Of a DNA stretch of 64,000 nt, positions 1-8,966 are shown piece after piece (the stretch's first letter is position 1; the number at the start of each line of letters is the position of its first letter). The stretch comes from Alphaproteobacteria bacterium (GTDB lineage Bacteria > Pseudomonadota > Alphaproteobacteria > SP197): assembly GCA_964291415.2 (NCBI GenBank), contig OZ219920.1, positions 1,024,001 to 1,088,000 on the forward strand, given 5' to 3'. The notes under the pieces were generated by a model. The model was not told where the DNA came from. It saw nothing but the letters and a program-made list of their open reading frames with translations, and ran no database searches. The position numbers and the translations under genes were made by a program.

Positions 1-1287
1 CGCGAGAACGTTGCCGAAAGATTCTACCGGGAACTCAGGGTCGACCGCATCTGGGAAGGAACCAGCGAAATCCAGCGGGTGATCATCGCCGACGGCCTGG
101 TGAAGCGGGGTCAGGAGGCTCTCACCGGCGCTGGTGAATCGGACGAGGCCCTGGTCTGGCGCCGGAGATTGCGCCCCTTCATCGATACGGAGCGCCTGCC
201 ACTGGAGCAGGTTGCCGAAGCGAATGGCGGACAGATTCCCGAGGACATCAGGGAGCGTCATCTCCAGGCCGCCCGGGACATGGGCCTGTGGCTGCCCCAG
301 GTGCCGAAGGAGGCGGGCGGTGGCGGGTTCTCTGCCGGAGCCATGGCCGGTGTCTGGGAAGAAGTCGGACGGGCAACCAACGGCGTCGGATTCTTCTTCC
401 ACGATGTCTCCCCATTTCTCGTGCGCACCGCGACGCCGGCGCAGAGGGAAGCCTGGGTTCAGCCACTTCTCGATGGTGCCACGAGCGAGTGCTACGCCAT
501 TACCGAAGAAAGCGCCGGCAGCGATGTCGATGCCATCGAGACGTCGGCGATACGCTCGGGCAACGGCTGGGTGCTGAACGGAACCAAGTGGCATGTCACC
601 GGATTCAACCGGGCCGGTATCGTCATCGTTCAGGCACGCCTCGAGGATGGTGCCCACGGGCTCTTCTATGTCGACAGTGACGCCGCGGGTGTCGATGTCG
701 TGCGCACACCCGCCTACAGCCACACCTACCCCTCCCATCATCCGGTCGTGCGGTTCGATTCGGTCAAGGTGACGGCCGACGCACTCATCGACCCGCAAGG
801 CGACGGCCGCACCTGGACCTACGAGTGGTTTCGCCAGGAACGACTCGGCATTGCGGCGCGCTGTTGCGGCGCCGCCAGCCGTCTCATCGACGAAGCACTC
901 GCCTTTGCGCAGGACCGCATCCAGTTCGGCCGGCCGATCATGGCGAATCAGGCGATTTCGTTCATGCTCGCCGACAGTCTCGTGGAACTGTGGGCCGGAC
1001 GCCTGATGGTCCATCGCCTCGCCGCGGCCATCGATGGCGGCGAGGACGTCAAGGTTCAGCACGCCTTGTGCTCCATGGCCAAGCTCTACTGTTCGGAAAT
1101 GGCCAATCGGGTCGCCGACCGTGCAGTGCAGATTTTCGGCGGTCGCGGCTACATGCGCGAATACGCGGCAGAGAGGTTCTTTCGGGAACTCAGGGTGGAG
1201 AGGATATGGGAAGGGACCAGTGAGATTCAGCGCATGATCATCGCCCACAGTCTGGCCAAGCGTGGCCAGGATGTTCTGATCGGTTGA
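1..1287 (+). CDS. Acyl-CoA dehydrogenase, 5'-truncated by the window edge; apparently two ACAD modules fused in one frame
   Basis: Frame 1 is open from base 1: RENVAERFYRELRVDRIWEGTSEIQRVII (an ACAD C-terminus) runs without a stop into a full ACAD with CYAITEESAGSD, LNGTKWHVT, RIQFGRPI, QIFGGRGY and IWEGTSEIQR. Confidence 0.9.
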   Translation, partial: RENVAERFYRELRVDRIWEGTSEIQRVIIADGLVKRGQEALTGAGESDEALVWRRRLRPFIDTERLPLEQVAEANGGQIPEDIRERHLQAARDMGLWLPQVPKEAGGGGFSAGAMAGVWEEVGRATNGVGFFFHDVSPFLVRTATPAQREAWVQPLLDGATSECYAITEESAGSDVDAIETSAIRSGNGWVLNGTKWHVTGFNRAGIVIVQARLEDGAHGLFYVDSDAAGVDVVRTPAYSHTYPSHHPVVRFDSVKVTADALIDPQGDGRTWTYEWFRQERLGIAARCCGAASRLIDEALAFAQDRIQFGRPIMANQAISFMLADSLVELWAGRLMVHRLAAAIDGGEDVKVQHALCSMAKLYCSEMANRVADRAVQIFGGRGYMREYAAERFFRELRVERIWEGTSEIQRMIIAHSLAKRGQDVLIG

Positions 1288-2039
1288 CCGCGTTGATCGA
1301 TCTTCCACCCGTCATCGGTCATCGCGGAGTGGCGGCAAGGGCGCCGGAAAACACCCTGGGGGGACTGGCGCGTGCCGCGGAGGAAGGCCTCGAGTGGGTA
1401 GAATTCGATGTCCGTCTTGCCGGCGATGATGTCCCGGTGGTGCTGCACGATCGCAGCCTTCTGCGCACCACCGGTGTCGACCGGTTGATCGACGAGGTGC
1501 GCAGCACGGAACTTGGCGCCCTTGACGCCGGAGGCTGGTTTGATCCGGTGTGGTCCGCAGAGCGGGTGCCGACCCTGGTCCAGGCGCTTGACGCCTGCAT
1601 CGTCCTGGGCCTCACCCCCAATGTGGAGATCAAGGCTGACGGCGGCGGCCTCATGACTCTGGCACGGCGCGTGACGCGTATCATCCGCAGCCGGTGGCCT
1701 GCCGGACGGCAGCGCCCCCTGGTGTCAAGCTTCAGCCTCACGGTTCTCTATCACGCCCGCCTTGCCGGGTATCGCTGGCCACTCGCCCTGGTGATGGGGC
1801 ACCGGCCGCGCCGTCTTTGGTCCTGGCATGCGGCTCGTCTCAAGTGCGCCAGCATTCACGTTGATCGGTCCCTGGCCACCCCGGAACTCATCTCCCGTGT
1901 CCATCGCGCAGGCCGGCGCGTTGCCGTCTACACGGTCAACTGCGCCGACGAAGCGCAGGCGCTCATGAATTCAGGTGTCGATTCGATCGTCAGTGACACC
2001 CCCGATTTCCACCGGATCAGCAGGGAGACAGAGTCATGA
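1284..2039 (+). CDS. ugpQ: Glycerophosphodiester phosphodiesterase (UgpQ-like)
   Basis: IGHRG...APENTL, VEFDV, VVLHD, NVEIK, VYTVN, SDTP motifs; 4-nt overlap with the upstream stop. Confidence 0.9.
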   Translation: MTALIDLPPVIGHRGVAARAPENTLGGLARAAEEGLEWVEFDVRLAGDDVPVVLHDRSLLRTTGVDRLIDEVRSTELGALDAGGWFDPVWSAERVPTLVQALDACIVLGLTPNVEIKADGGGLMTLARRVTRIIRSRWPAGRQRPLVSSFSLTVLYHARLAGYRWPLALVMGHRPRRLWSWHAARLKCASIHVDRSLATPELISRVHRAGRRVAVYTVNCADEAQALMNSGVDSIVSDTPDFHRISRETES

Positions 2040-3361
2040 ACGAGACCTTCGATCTTGTCGTCAGCGGCGGCGAGGTGATGACCCCGGCCGGACGGCGCCG
2101 GGCGGATGTGGCCATCACCGATGGCCGGATTGCGGCCATCGGCGACGTGCCCTCGACTGCGGCCGGCGCTTCGCTCGATGCGCGCGGGCTCATGGTCCTT
2201 CCCGGGATTATCGATACCCAGGTGCACTTCCGTGAACCCGGACACGAGGAGAAGGAGGATCTCGCGAACGGGTCTCGTTCAGCCGTTGCCGGTGGCGTGG
2301 TCGCCGTCTTCGAAATGCCGAACACCAATCCGCCGACGACCACGCCCGCGGCCCTGCAGGACAAGCTCGAGCGAGCCCGCGGCATGTGGTGCGATCACGC
2401 GTTCTTTGCCGGCGCCAGCGATGACAATCATGACGTACTGGCCGAGCTTGAACTGCATCCCGGTTGTTGCGGCGTCAAGATCTTCATGGGGAGCTCGACA
2501 GGCAGCTTGCTGGTTGCCGACGACGCGGCACTCGCATCCGTCCTGCGATCCGGCCGACGGCGCGTCGCCATACACGCCGAGGACGAGTTTCGCCTTGCCG
2601 AACGCCGACACCTGGCGGTCGAGGAGGGACATCCAAGGGCGCACCCCGTCTGGCGGGATGTCGAGACGGCCCTGAGAGCCACGCGGCGCATCGTGACCCT
2701 GGCCCGCGACGCGGCGCGGCCGATCCATGTTCTCCACGTGACGACTGGCGACGAGATTGCCTTTCTGGGCAGCGCCAGGGATATCGCAACCGTTGAACTG
2801 TTGCCGCAGCACCTCACCCTCGCAGCGCCGGAATGCTACGAGCGCCTGGGCGGCTTTGCCCAGGTCAATCCGCCGATTCGCGATTCACGCCACAGGGATG
2901 CTCTCTGGCACGGGATCGACCAGGGGATCGTCGATGTGGTGGGATCGGATCACGCGCCGCATACGGCCGAGGAAAAGCAGCGGCCCTATCCGGAGACGCC
3001 GGGTGGCATGCCGGGTGTGGAGACGATGCTGCCGATCCTGCTGAACCATGTCGCCGAGGGTCGCCTGACGCTCGAGCGTCTCGTTGACCTGCTGTGCTAC
3101 GGACCCCAGAGAATCTACAATATCCGCGGAAAGGGTCGCATCGCCGTCGGCTACGACGGGGATCTCACGCTGGTCGATCTGCAGGAGAAGCGCACGATCA
3201 GCCATTCCGAGCAGCATGCCAAGTGCGGCTGGACCGCCTACGAGGGCATGACGGTCACCGGCTGGCCGCGCGCCACCGTGATCCGCGGGCACGTGGCCAT
3301 GCGCGACGGCGAGATCAGTGACACGCCCACAGGCCAGCCTGTCCGCTTCTGGGATACCTGA
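2036..3361 (+). CDS. pyrC: Dihydroorotase (multifunctional-complex type)
   Basis: PGIIDTQVHFREPG, EMPNTNPPT, KIFMGSSTG, IHAEDE, NPPIR, GSDHAPH. Confidence 0.9.
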   Translation: MNETFDLVVSGGEVMTPAGRRRADVAITDGRIAAIGDVPSTAAGASLDARGLMVLPGIIDTQVHFREPGHEEKEDLANGSRSAVAGGVVAVFEMPNTNPPTTTPAALQDKLERARGMWCDHAFFAGASDDNHDVLAELELHPGCCGVKIFMGSSTGSLLVADDAALASVLRSGRRRVAIHAEDEFRLAERRHLAVEEGHPRAHPVWRDVETALRATRRIVTLARDAARPIHVLHVTTGDEIAFLGSARDIATVELLPQHLTLAAPECYERLGGFAQVNPPIRDSRHRDALWHGIDQGIVDVVGSDHAPHTAEEKQRPYPETPGGMPGVETMLPILLNHVAEGRLTLERLVDLLCYGPQRIYNIRGKGRIAVGYDGDLTLVDLQEKRTISHSEQHAKCGWTAYEGMTVTGWPRATVIRGHVAMRDGEISDTPTGQPVRFWDT

Positions 3362-3635
3362 TACATGGGCCATGCGCGGCGCGTGGTCCCAGCCATGGTG
3401 ACCGGGCGACTGCAAGACCTGGCCGCCTGTTCGGAGCATTGGGACTCTCGAGTAAAACACCCTTCAGGCGGCTGTGACTGCGCCACTTGTTGTTGGTTGG
3501 CTTTTGTCGATGGCCACCACGGCGAAGCCCGGTTGCCCGGCGCGTCGGGTGAGTGACGTCATGGTACGGTAGGTGCGGTTGCGTTCGACATGTTCTGTGC
3601 ACTGGGTGACCATCACGTAGACCAGGCACGCCAGT

Positions 3636-3707
3636 TCACGGGCCGTGGTTCTCGAGGCGTGCGAGACGCGAGCGATGTCTGGCGCCGATGACGGCCACCT
3701 TGTTCAT
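3636..3707 (-). pseudogene. Truncated 5' stub of a dehydrogenase-like gene (MNKVAVIGA...)
   Basis: ATG overlaps the eryA stop (ATGA); a Rossmann-like first strand KVAVIGA is followed by a stop after 23 codons. Confidence 0.4.
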
Positions 3708-5263
3708 CGTTGCTCACCCAGGTCGGCCAGGCGCGTCCACAACGGCGCCAACGCCTGGCGGGTCTCGACATAGAGCGGAAAGAGGTCCGCATAAGTCGAT
3801 GCCAGGGCCGGGTCAGGTCTCACCAGTTCGCCGCGATAGGGCGCCACCCAGTCGGCGGCGCAGGCCGCCATGTCAGGGTAGAGGCACTGTTGGACCGCCG
3901 CGATCATGGCTGCGCCCGATGCTCCTGCCTCGTCGCGTTCGAAGGTGCGCAGCGGGCGATCGAGAACGGCCGCCAGGATAGTGCGCAATGCGTCGGAACG
4001 GGCGGCGCCTCCGGCCAGGCGCACCTCCTCGGGGATCTCGCCCATGGCGCTGAAGCAATCCCGCGCGGCCATTGCCAACCCCTCGAGAACCGCCCGTGCC
4101 AGTTCGGCCAGCCCGGTGCTGGAATCGAGCCCAGTGAAGCTGGCCCGCGCCTGTGGCGCAAGAAACGGACCGCGTTCGCCGGCTGCGGAGATGTAGGGAT
4201 GATAGAGGATGCGCCCGGCGCTGGACGTGCGTGTCAGACGGTCGATTGCCGGCACGAGTTCACGACGCTCCCGCGTTATTCCAGCCTCCGACAGGACTTC
4301 CCGCATGACATCGAGCAGCCAGTCGATATTGAGAGTCGCGGAGAGGTTCGAATGCATCTGTGTCCAGGTACCGGGCACCGGAAAGCAAATCGTGTATCCG
4401 TCTCCATTGGCTCCCAGCCTGACCTCATCGACCTTCGAAGCATACTTCAGGTGCACTCCGGTCGAACCGATCACCGACAGCCCGGCGCGGACCGTCGGAT
4501 CAAAGAGTCCTCCTCCCAATGCGGTGCAGATCACGTCGACGTAGCCGAGAACCACGGGCAGGCCCTTGGGAAGATTGACTTGCGTAGCAGCGGCTGCCGT
4601 CAGCGGATGCGATGTCACGGTTCCATCGACGATCGGCGGCAACAGTCCGGCGTAACGGTTCAGTCCGAAGATTCGAAGAGGGAGATCATGATAGCGGCGT
4701 GTGCGGAAGTCGCCAAATGTCCAGACTCCCTCCGAAGGATCGGTCACGCGTTCGCCTGTCAGCTTGAAGTAGAGCCAGTCCTTGCAGTGAAAGGCGGTCG
4801 TGGCCCGGGCAAGCGCTTGCGGGGAATGGCGTGCCAGCCATGCCAGCTGACTGGACTGCTGGCACGGTGCTGCACCGGTGCCTGTCGTCTCATAGAATCG
4901 ACCGTACTCGGAGTGTTCGCGAACCCGGCGTGTTTCGTCTGCGGCCCTGCTGTCAAGCCACAGCAGGGCAGGCATGACAGGCTCGCCGTCGGCATCGATG
5001 AGCCATGTTCCGTCACCCTGGCCCGTGATCGCCAGGGCACAGGCACGATCATGGATTTCCGGCATCCCGTCTACGAGTTCAACAAGTGTGGCTGCGGCCT
5101 CCCGCCACGTCATCGCCACGTCCTGTTCGGCCCTGCCTCCTGCGCTTGTCGCATAGGAATTCGGCCGGGCTGCCATCGCCAGTTGTTCACCGTTGCGATT
5201 GAATGCGACGGCCTTGATGAGGGAGGTCCCGGCATCGATGCCAATGATGACGTCCTTCCTCAT
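3704..5263 (-). CDS. eryA: FGGY-family carbohydrate kinase, erythritol kinase EryA-like
   Basis: IIGIDAGTS, ITGQGDGTWL, HCKDWLY, TDPSE, FGDFRTR, YHPYISAAGERGPF and GGAARS match my recollection of rhizobial/Brucella EryA. Confidence 0.8.
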   Translation of the reverse strand: MRKDVIIGIDAGTSLIKAVAFNRNGEQLAMAARPNSYATSAGGRAEQDVAMTWREAAATLVELVDGMPEIHDRACALAITGQGDGTWLIDADGEPVMPALLWLDSRAADETRRVREHSEYGRFYETTGTGAAPCQQSSQLAWLARHSPQALARATTAFHCKDWLYFKLTGERVTDPSEGVWTFGDFRTRRYHDLPLRIFGLNRYAGLLPPIVDGTVTSHPLTAAAATQVNLPKGLPVVLGYVDVICTALGGGLFDPTVRAGLSVIGSTGVHLKYASKVDEVRLGANGDGYTICFPVPGTWTQMHSNLSATLNIDWLLDVMREVLSEAGITRERRELVPAIDRLTRTSSAGRILYHPYISAAGERGPFLAPQARASFTGLDSSTGLAELARAVLEGLAMAARDCFSAMGEIPEEVRLAGGAARSDALRTILAAVLDRPLRTFERDEAGASGAAMIAAVQQCLYPDMAACAADWVAPYRGELVRPDPALASTYADLFPLYVETRQALAPLWTRLADLGEQR

Positions 5264-6210
5264 GCGAGTTCTCCGCCGTGCGAGACGGCCGCTCCGCTCA
5301 GGGAATCGAAGACGTGGAGATCCTTCGCCTCGACATCAGCCTCCGCCAGGTTCATCGGCGGCTCACCGATGAAGGCGCCGACACATCGATTCGCCGGCGG
5401 GTCGCGCAGGGTCTCAGGGCTTCCCAACTGCTCGAGCACACCGTCTTCCATCACCGCGGCCCGATCCGCCAGCGCATTGGCTTCCGCCTGGCCGTGGGTG
5501 ACGAGAATGACTGTCAGTTCCCGTTCCTTGATGTGGCCGCGGAGCATCGCCCGCAACTGTGGCTCCAGTTGTCCCTTGGGTTCGTTGAGCAGGGAGAGGC
5601 CGGCGTCCCGCACCAGGGATCGCGCCAGCCCGGGGCGCTGCTGCTGACCGTCAGAGAGCGCCGCTGGCCGCCTCTCGAGAATGTCATCGATTTCAGGAAG
5701 TTCGGCGATGGACTTCACCCTGGCACTGGCGCCGTCTGGATCACGTCCTCGCGCCTTGAGCGCGAAGGCAATGTTCTCCCGTACGGTTGCTGGCGGGTGG
5801 AGAGAGTATCCCTCGAAAGCCATGGCGACATTGCGCCGCGCCGGCGGTTCATTCTGGATGGCACGGCCGGAGAGCGTGATCGTTCCGTTCGAGAGAACCT
5901 CACAACCTGCGATCATGCGCAGCGTCGAGGTCTTGCGGCAGCCCGAGGAACCGGGCAGGGCGTCGACTTCACCCTTGTAGAGCTGCATGTTCATCGCACG
6001 CACCGCATGAACCGGTCGGGAGCTGCGCGGATTGCAGATCCTGTCGACGCGGTCGAATGGATGCGAATCCGCGGGCGAAAGACGCCTGCCGTCGCTGGCG
6101 CTGAACACGAGGATGATGCGGGCGTCGACCGCAAGATTCACTCGTTGTCCGGGTTGCGGCACCGGTTCGTGGGACGGGCGCGACACCAGCGAACAGCCCG
6201 AAGTCGGCAT
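5260..6210 (-). pseudogene. Degenerate sugar ABC transporter ATPase remnant(s)
   Basis: Walker A GSSGCRKT (G>R), signature LSDGQQQR (G>D), Walker B LLNEP (D>N), VTHGQ (D>G); regulatory domain deleted; the N-terminal part resembles the tail of another ATPase (LAVDARIILVFSASDGRRL). Confidence 0.8.
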
Positions 6211-6219
6211 TGGACAACC

Positions 6220-7212
6220 CTAGATCCTGGTAACAAGGGGTGAGTGGCAAGAGTACGAGCAGAGGTGGCGCCCGGTCACCTCGTCGGTAATCAGTCCATC
6301 GAGCAACCCGCTCTTCAGCACGGCATGAATCGCCTCGATCTTGCCGGCGCCGCCGGCGATGGCGACCACCCGGCGATGTCTCAACTCGGCGATACCCGGA
6401 GACATCGCGCGTCCGTTGAGCGCCGAGGCCACAGGCCGGCCGTCGCCGTCAAGGTAATGACCGAGAATCTCGCCCGCCGCCCCTCCGGTGCGCACGCTGT
6501 CGATTTCATCCTTGCTCACCATTCCCGTCTCCGAGAGATGCGCGTGACTGTCGACGCCGCCGATTCCGACGAGCAGCAACGTCGCCGACCGGCCCATGGC
6601 AAAGACTTCGGAGATACCCGCCTGGGCCAGGAGGATCGTCTTGTCAGCCTCCGACTTGGCAAAGAGAGGCACCGGCAGCATGTAGGCTTCCGCACCGGTC
6701 TTCTCGGCGAGTCCGTGGATGACGTCATAGGGATTGGCCGCGTACTTGCGGGTCAGGCCACCGATGAGCGACACGAACGACATGTCGGGCCGATGCATGG
6801 TCGGAAGAGCGCCGACCACGGACGAGAGAGTGCGACCCTGGCCGACGCCGATGCAGCGGTGCAGACGACGCTCGAGAATGTCGCGAAGGAAGTTGGCGCC
6901 GGTAAGGCCCAGCGTTCGAAGAGGCAGGTTCCCCTCGCCGAGATCCGGCGCCACGCGGCAGAGTGTGAGCCCATGTTGGCGGGTCAGCTCTTCCTCGAGT
7001 TCCACGCACTCGAAGACATCTGCGTCGACAAAGATGCGTACCAGGCCCTCGCGGGTCGCGCGGGCAATGAGGCGGTGCGCCTTTGTTGACGGCACTCCAA
7101 GCCTCTTCGCCACCTCACCTTGAGTCATGTGTCCGCAGAAATAGAGCCACGCTGCGCGGGCCGAGAGACTCGCTTCATGGTCGAGAGCGCGCGTTCTGGT
7201 GGCCGCAATCAA
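6220..7212 (-). CDS. eryD: SorC/DeoR-family sugar-binding transcriptional regulator (EryD-like)
   Basis: ARAAWLYF...MTQGEVAKRLG HTH, IGVGQGRTL, SLIGGL, GAAGEILGHY, GLITDE; TTG start with purine-rich RBS. Confidence 0.8.
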   Translation of the reverse strand: MIAATRTRALDHEASLSARAAWLYFCGHMTQGEVAKRLGVPSTKAHRLIARATREGLVRIFVDADVFECVELEEELTRQHGLTLCRVAPDLGEGNLPLRTLGLTGANFLRDILERRLHRCIGVGQGRTLSSVVGALPTMHRPDMSFVSLIGGLTRKYAANPYDVIHGLAEKTGAEAYMLPVPLFAKSEADKTILLAQAGISEVFAMGRSATLLLVGIGGVDSHAHLSETGMVSKDEIDSVRTGGAAGEILGHYLDGDGRPVASALNGRAMSPGIAELRHRRVVAIAGGAGKIEAIHAVLKSGLLDGLITDEVTGRHLCSYSCHSPLVTRI

Positions 7213-7229
7213 CGTTCCCTCTTCCCTAC

Positions 7230-7283
7230 AGTGAGAATTTTTGCAACAGTTGCGATTATTTTCACTCTGATGACATCATGTCA
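7230..7283. promoter_or_regulatory. Divergent promoter region with long imperfect palindrome (7230-7266) and TGACAT-C-ATGTCA (7271-7283); candidate operators
   Basis: AGTGAGAATTTTTGCAAC-A-GTTGCGATTATTTTCACT, 14 of 18 arm positions complementary; AT-rich against a GC-rich background; lies between the regulator and the aldolase. Confidence 0.6.
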
Positions 7284-7333
7284 AGTTGATGGTGAATCCT
7301 GACCGGACACTGATCCCCGAGGAGACGCGAGAG

Positions 7334-7993
7334 ATGAAACAGGCGGAAAAGGCACTGCGCCGCGAGATCGTTGAAAGCTGCCGCGAGATGAACGCCAAGG
7401 GCATCAACCAGGGGACATCGGGTAACATCTCGGCGGTCTTCGAGGACCGCATGCTCGTGACGCCCTCGGCGGTCCCTTACGACGATCTCGAACCGGAGAT
7501 GATCGCCTCGTTTCCGCTCGATGGCGGCGGGAAATGGGACGGTCCCAGGCGGCCTTCCACGGAGTGGCGCTTTCACTTCGACCTGCTGCGGGCGCGAAGC
7601 GACGCCGGGGCCGTGGTTCACGCCCACCCGACCTACTGCACGGCGCTCGCCATCGCCCGAAAGCCCATTCCGTCCTGCCACTACATGATCGCCGCCTTCG
7701 GTGGCAACGATGTGCGTTGTTCAGGCTATGCCACCTTCGGAACGCAAAAGCTCTCTGATCTCGCCCTCGAGGCCATCAAGGACCGCACCGCCTGCCTGCT
7801 CGCCAATCACGGCATGATCGCCCTTGGCGACACACTCGCCAAGGCCATGTGGCGCGCCGTCGAACTCGAGACCATTGCCCGGCAGTACTACCTCACCCTG
7901 CAGATCGGTGGACCGGTGTTGTTGAGCGACGCCGCCATCGCCCGCACCGCAAGGGGATTCGCCACCTACGGCCTCGCCGAAGAGGATGACTGA
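7334..7993 (+). CDS. Class II aldolase/adducin family (FucA/Ald2-like ketose-1-phosphate aldolase)
   Basis: GTSGNIS, VTPS, PSTEWRFH, VVHAHP, HYMIA, YATFGT, LLANHG zinc-binding motifs. Confidence 0.88.
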   Translation: MKQAEKALRREIVESCREMNAKGINQGTSGNISAVFEDRMLVTPSAVPYDDLEPEMIASFPLDGGGKWDGPRRPSTEWRFHFDLLRARSDAGAVVHAHPTYCTALAIARKPIPSCHYMIAAFGGNDVRCSGYATFGTQKLSDLALEAIKDRTACLLANHGMIALGDTLAKAMWRAVELETIARQYYLTLQIGGPVLLSDAAIARTARGFATYGLAEEDD

Positions 7994-8095
7994 CGCGAGC
8001 GCTTCCGCGACACGCCGGCTCACCCGATCGAACGGGACCTGAACCTGCTCCCTTGAGCCGTCCCGCGACACGCGGCATTGACGCAGGCGGAGAGG

Positions 8096-8290
8096 TCGGG
8101 AATCGAGGACTTCTTCCTGGCGGCAGGCGATGTGGTCGTTCAGACCGTCGACGATGCCGGAATCAATGGGCGGCGTCTGGCACTCCTTCCACAGCCGGTG
8201 GGGCCTGTCGGCCGTTTCCAGAGCTCCGGAGTCGCTCGAGTTCTCGAAGTTCCTCCAGTCCGACGGCAGGAAACTATGGAAGGTCGTCTC
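8096..8290 (-). pseudogene. Decayed duplicate of the 3' end of the mttB-family gene at 11666-11872
   Basis: ETTFHSFLPSDWRNFENSSDSGALETADRPHRLWKECQTPPIDSGIVDGLNDHIACRQEEVLDS vs ETAFYSPLLSDWRNFENWNDSGAVETAERAHRLWKRMLKEYQAPPIDPGIADGLNDYIARRKEEILGS; stop TGA changed to CGA; 12-nt deletion. Confidence 0.9.
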
Positions 8291-8409
8291 CGGGATGACG
8301 CGGTTGAGACCCGCCTTGGGCCGCACGTGACGTCCCGGCTCCTCCTTCGTGCCCCTGGCGCTGCGGGTCATGTTGCGGACCTTCAGATCCTCGACCCCGG
8401 CATCCCTCC

Positions 8410-8616
8410 TTGCGCTTGAGGACCGCGCTCACCGACTATCCTCTTGATCAATGCTGCTTCGTGCTCGACGGCACGATGACCATCACCGACGAACGCGGCC
8501 ATACTGAGACCTGTACGTCGGGCGAGGCATTCGTCATCGCGCGCGGTTTCAACGGCCCCTTCAGAATGACAGGGAACTTCAAGAATCACTTCACAACTGT
8601 GGAACCCGAGCGATGA
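8410..8616 (+). pseudogene. Cupin (DUF861/EutQ-like) C-terminal fragment
   Basis: YPLDQCCFVLDGTMTITDERGHTET...GEAFVIARGFNG resembles the cupin_3 core; N-terminus missing and no RBS. Confidence 0.6.
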
Positions 8617-8653
8617 TGTTCGGACACCCGGCGCCAACCATGGGAACCAGGGA

Positions 8654-8953
8654 ATGTACGAAATCGATCCAACACGCACCGACCTGATCGAGGAATTCGA
8701 TCGAAATCCAGGTGGACCCTACGGTCCGGAGCTGACCCTGGTGGTCAATCGTCTGCGCCTGATGCCGATGGAAGACCGCACGATCATCGTCTGCACCAGG
8801 CGCGGAGTCGAGTGGACCCTGGCCAGGATGCCGAAGGCCCGCGGGGACAAGCTGGACTACTACGACGACCTGGTGTTCGACGACTACGCCGCCGCCGCAA
8901 GAAAGGTCTTCCGCATGCGCTGGCAGGCGGTCACCGGCGTTGCGCCCGACTAG
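8654..8953 (+). CDS. dmfA1: N,N-dimethylformamidase small-subunit-like protein
   Basis: LIEEFDRNPGG..ELTLVVNRLR.MP...A..KVFRMRW pattern, 99 aa, directly upstream of the large subunit. Confidence 0.7.
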   Translation: MYEIDPTRTDLIEEFDRNPGGPYGPELTLVVNRLRLMPMEDRTIIVCTRRGVEWTLARMPKARGDKLDYYDDLVFDDYAAAARKVFRMRWQAVTGVAPD

Positions 8954-8966
8954 GGAGGATCAGGGG

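Noticed and set aside
3710-5647. Long antisense ORFs (e.g. 3710-5647, 8931-10952, 24273-26267, 33943-35733, 54164-55519)
   Set aside because: They mirror well-supported genes on the opposite strand, have no recognisable motifs and are expected in high-GC DNA.
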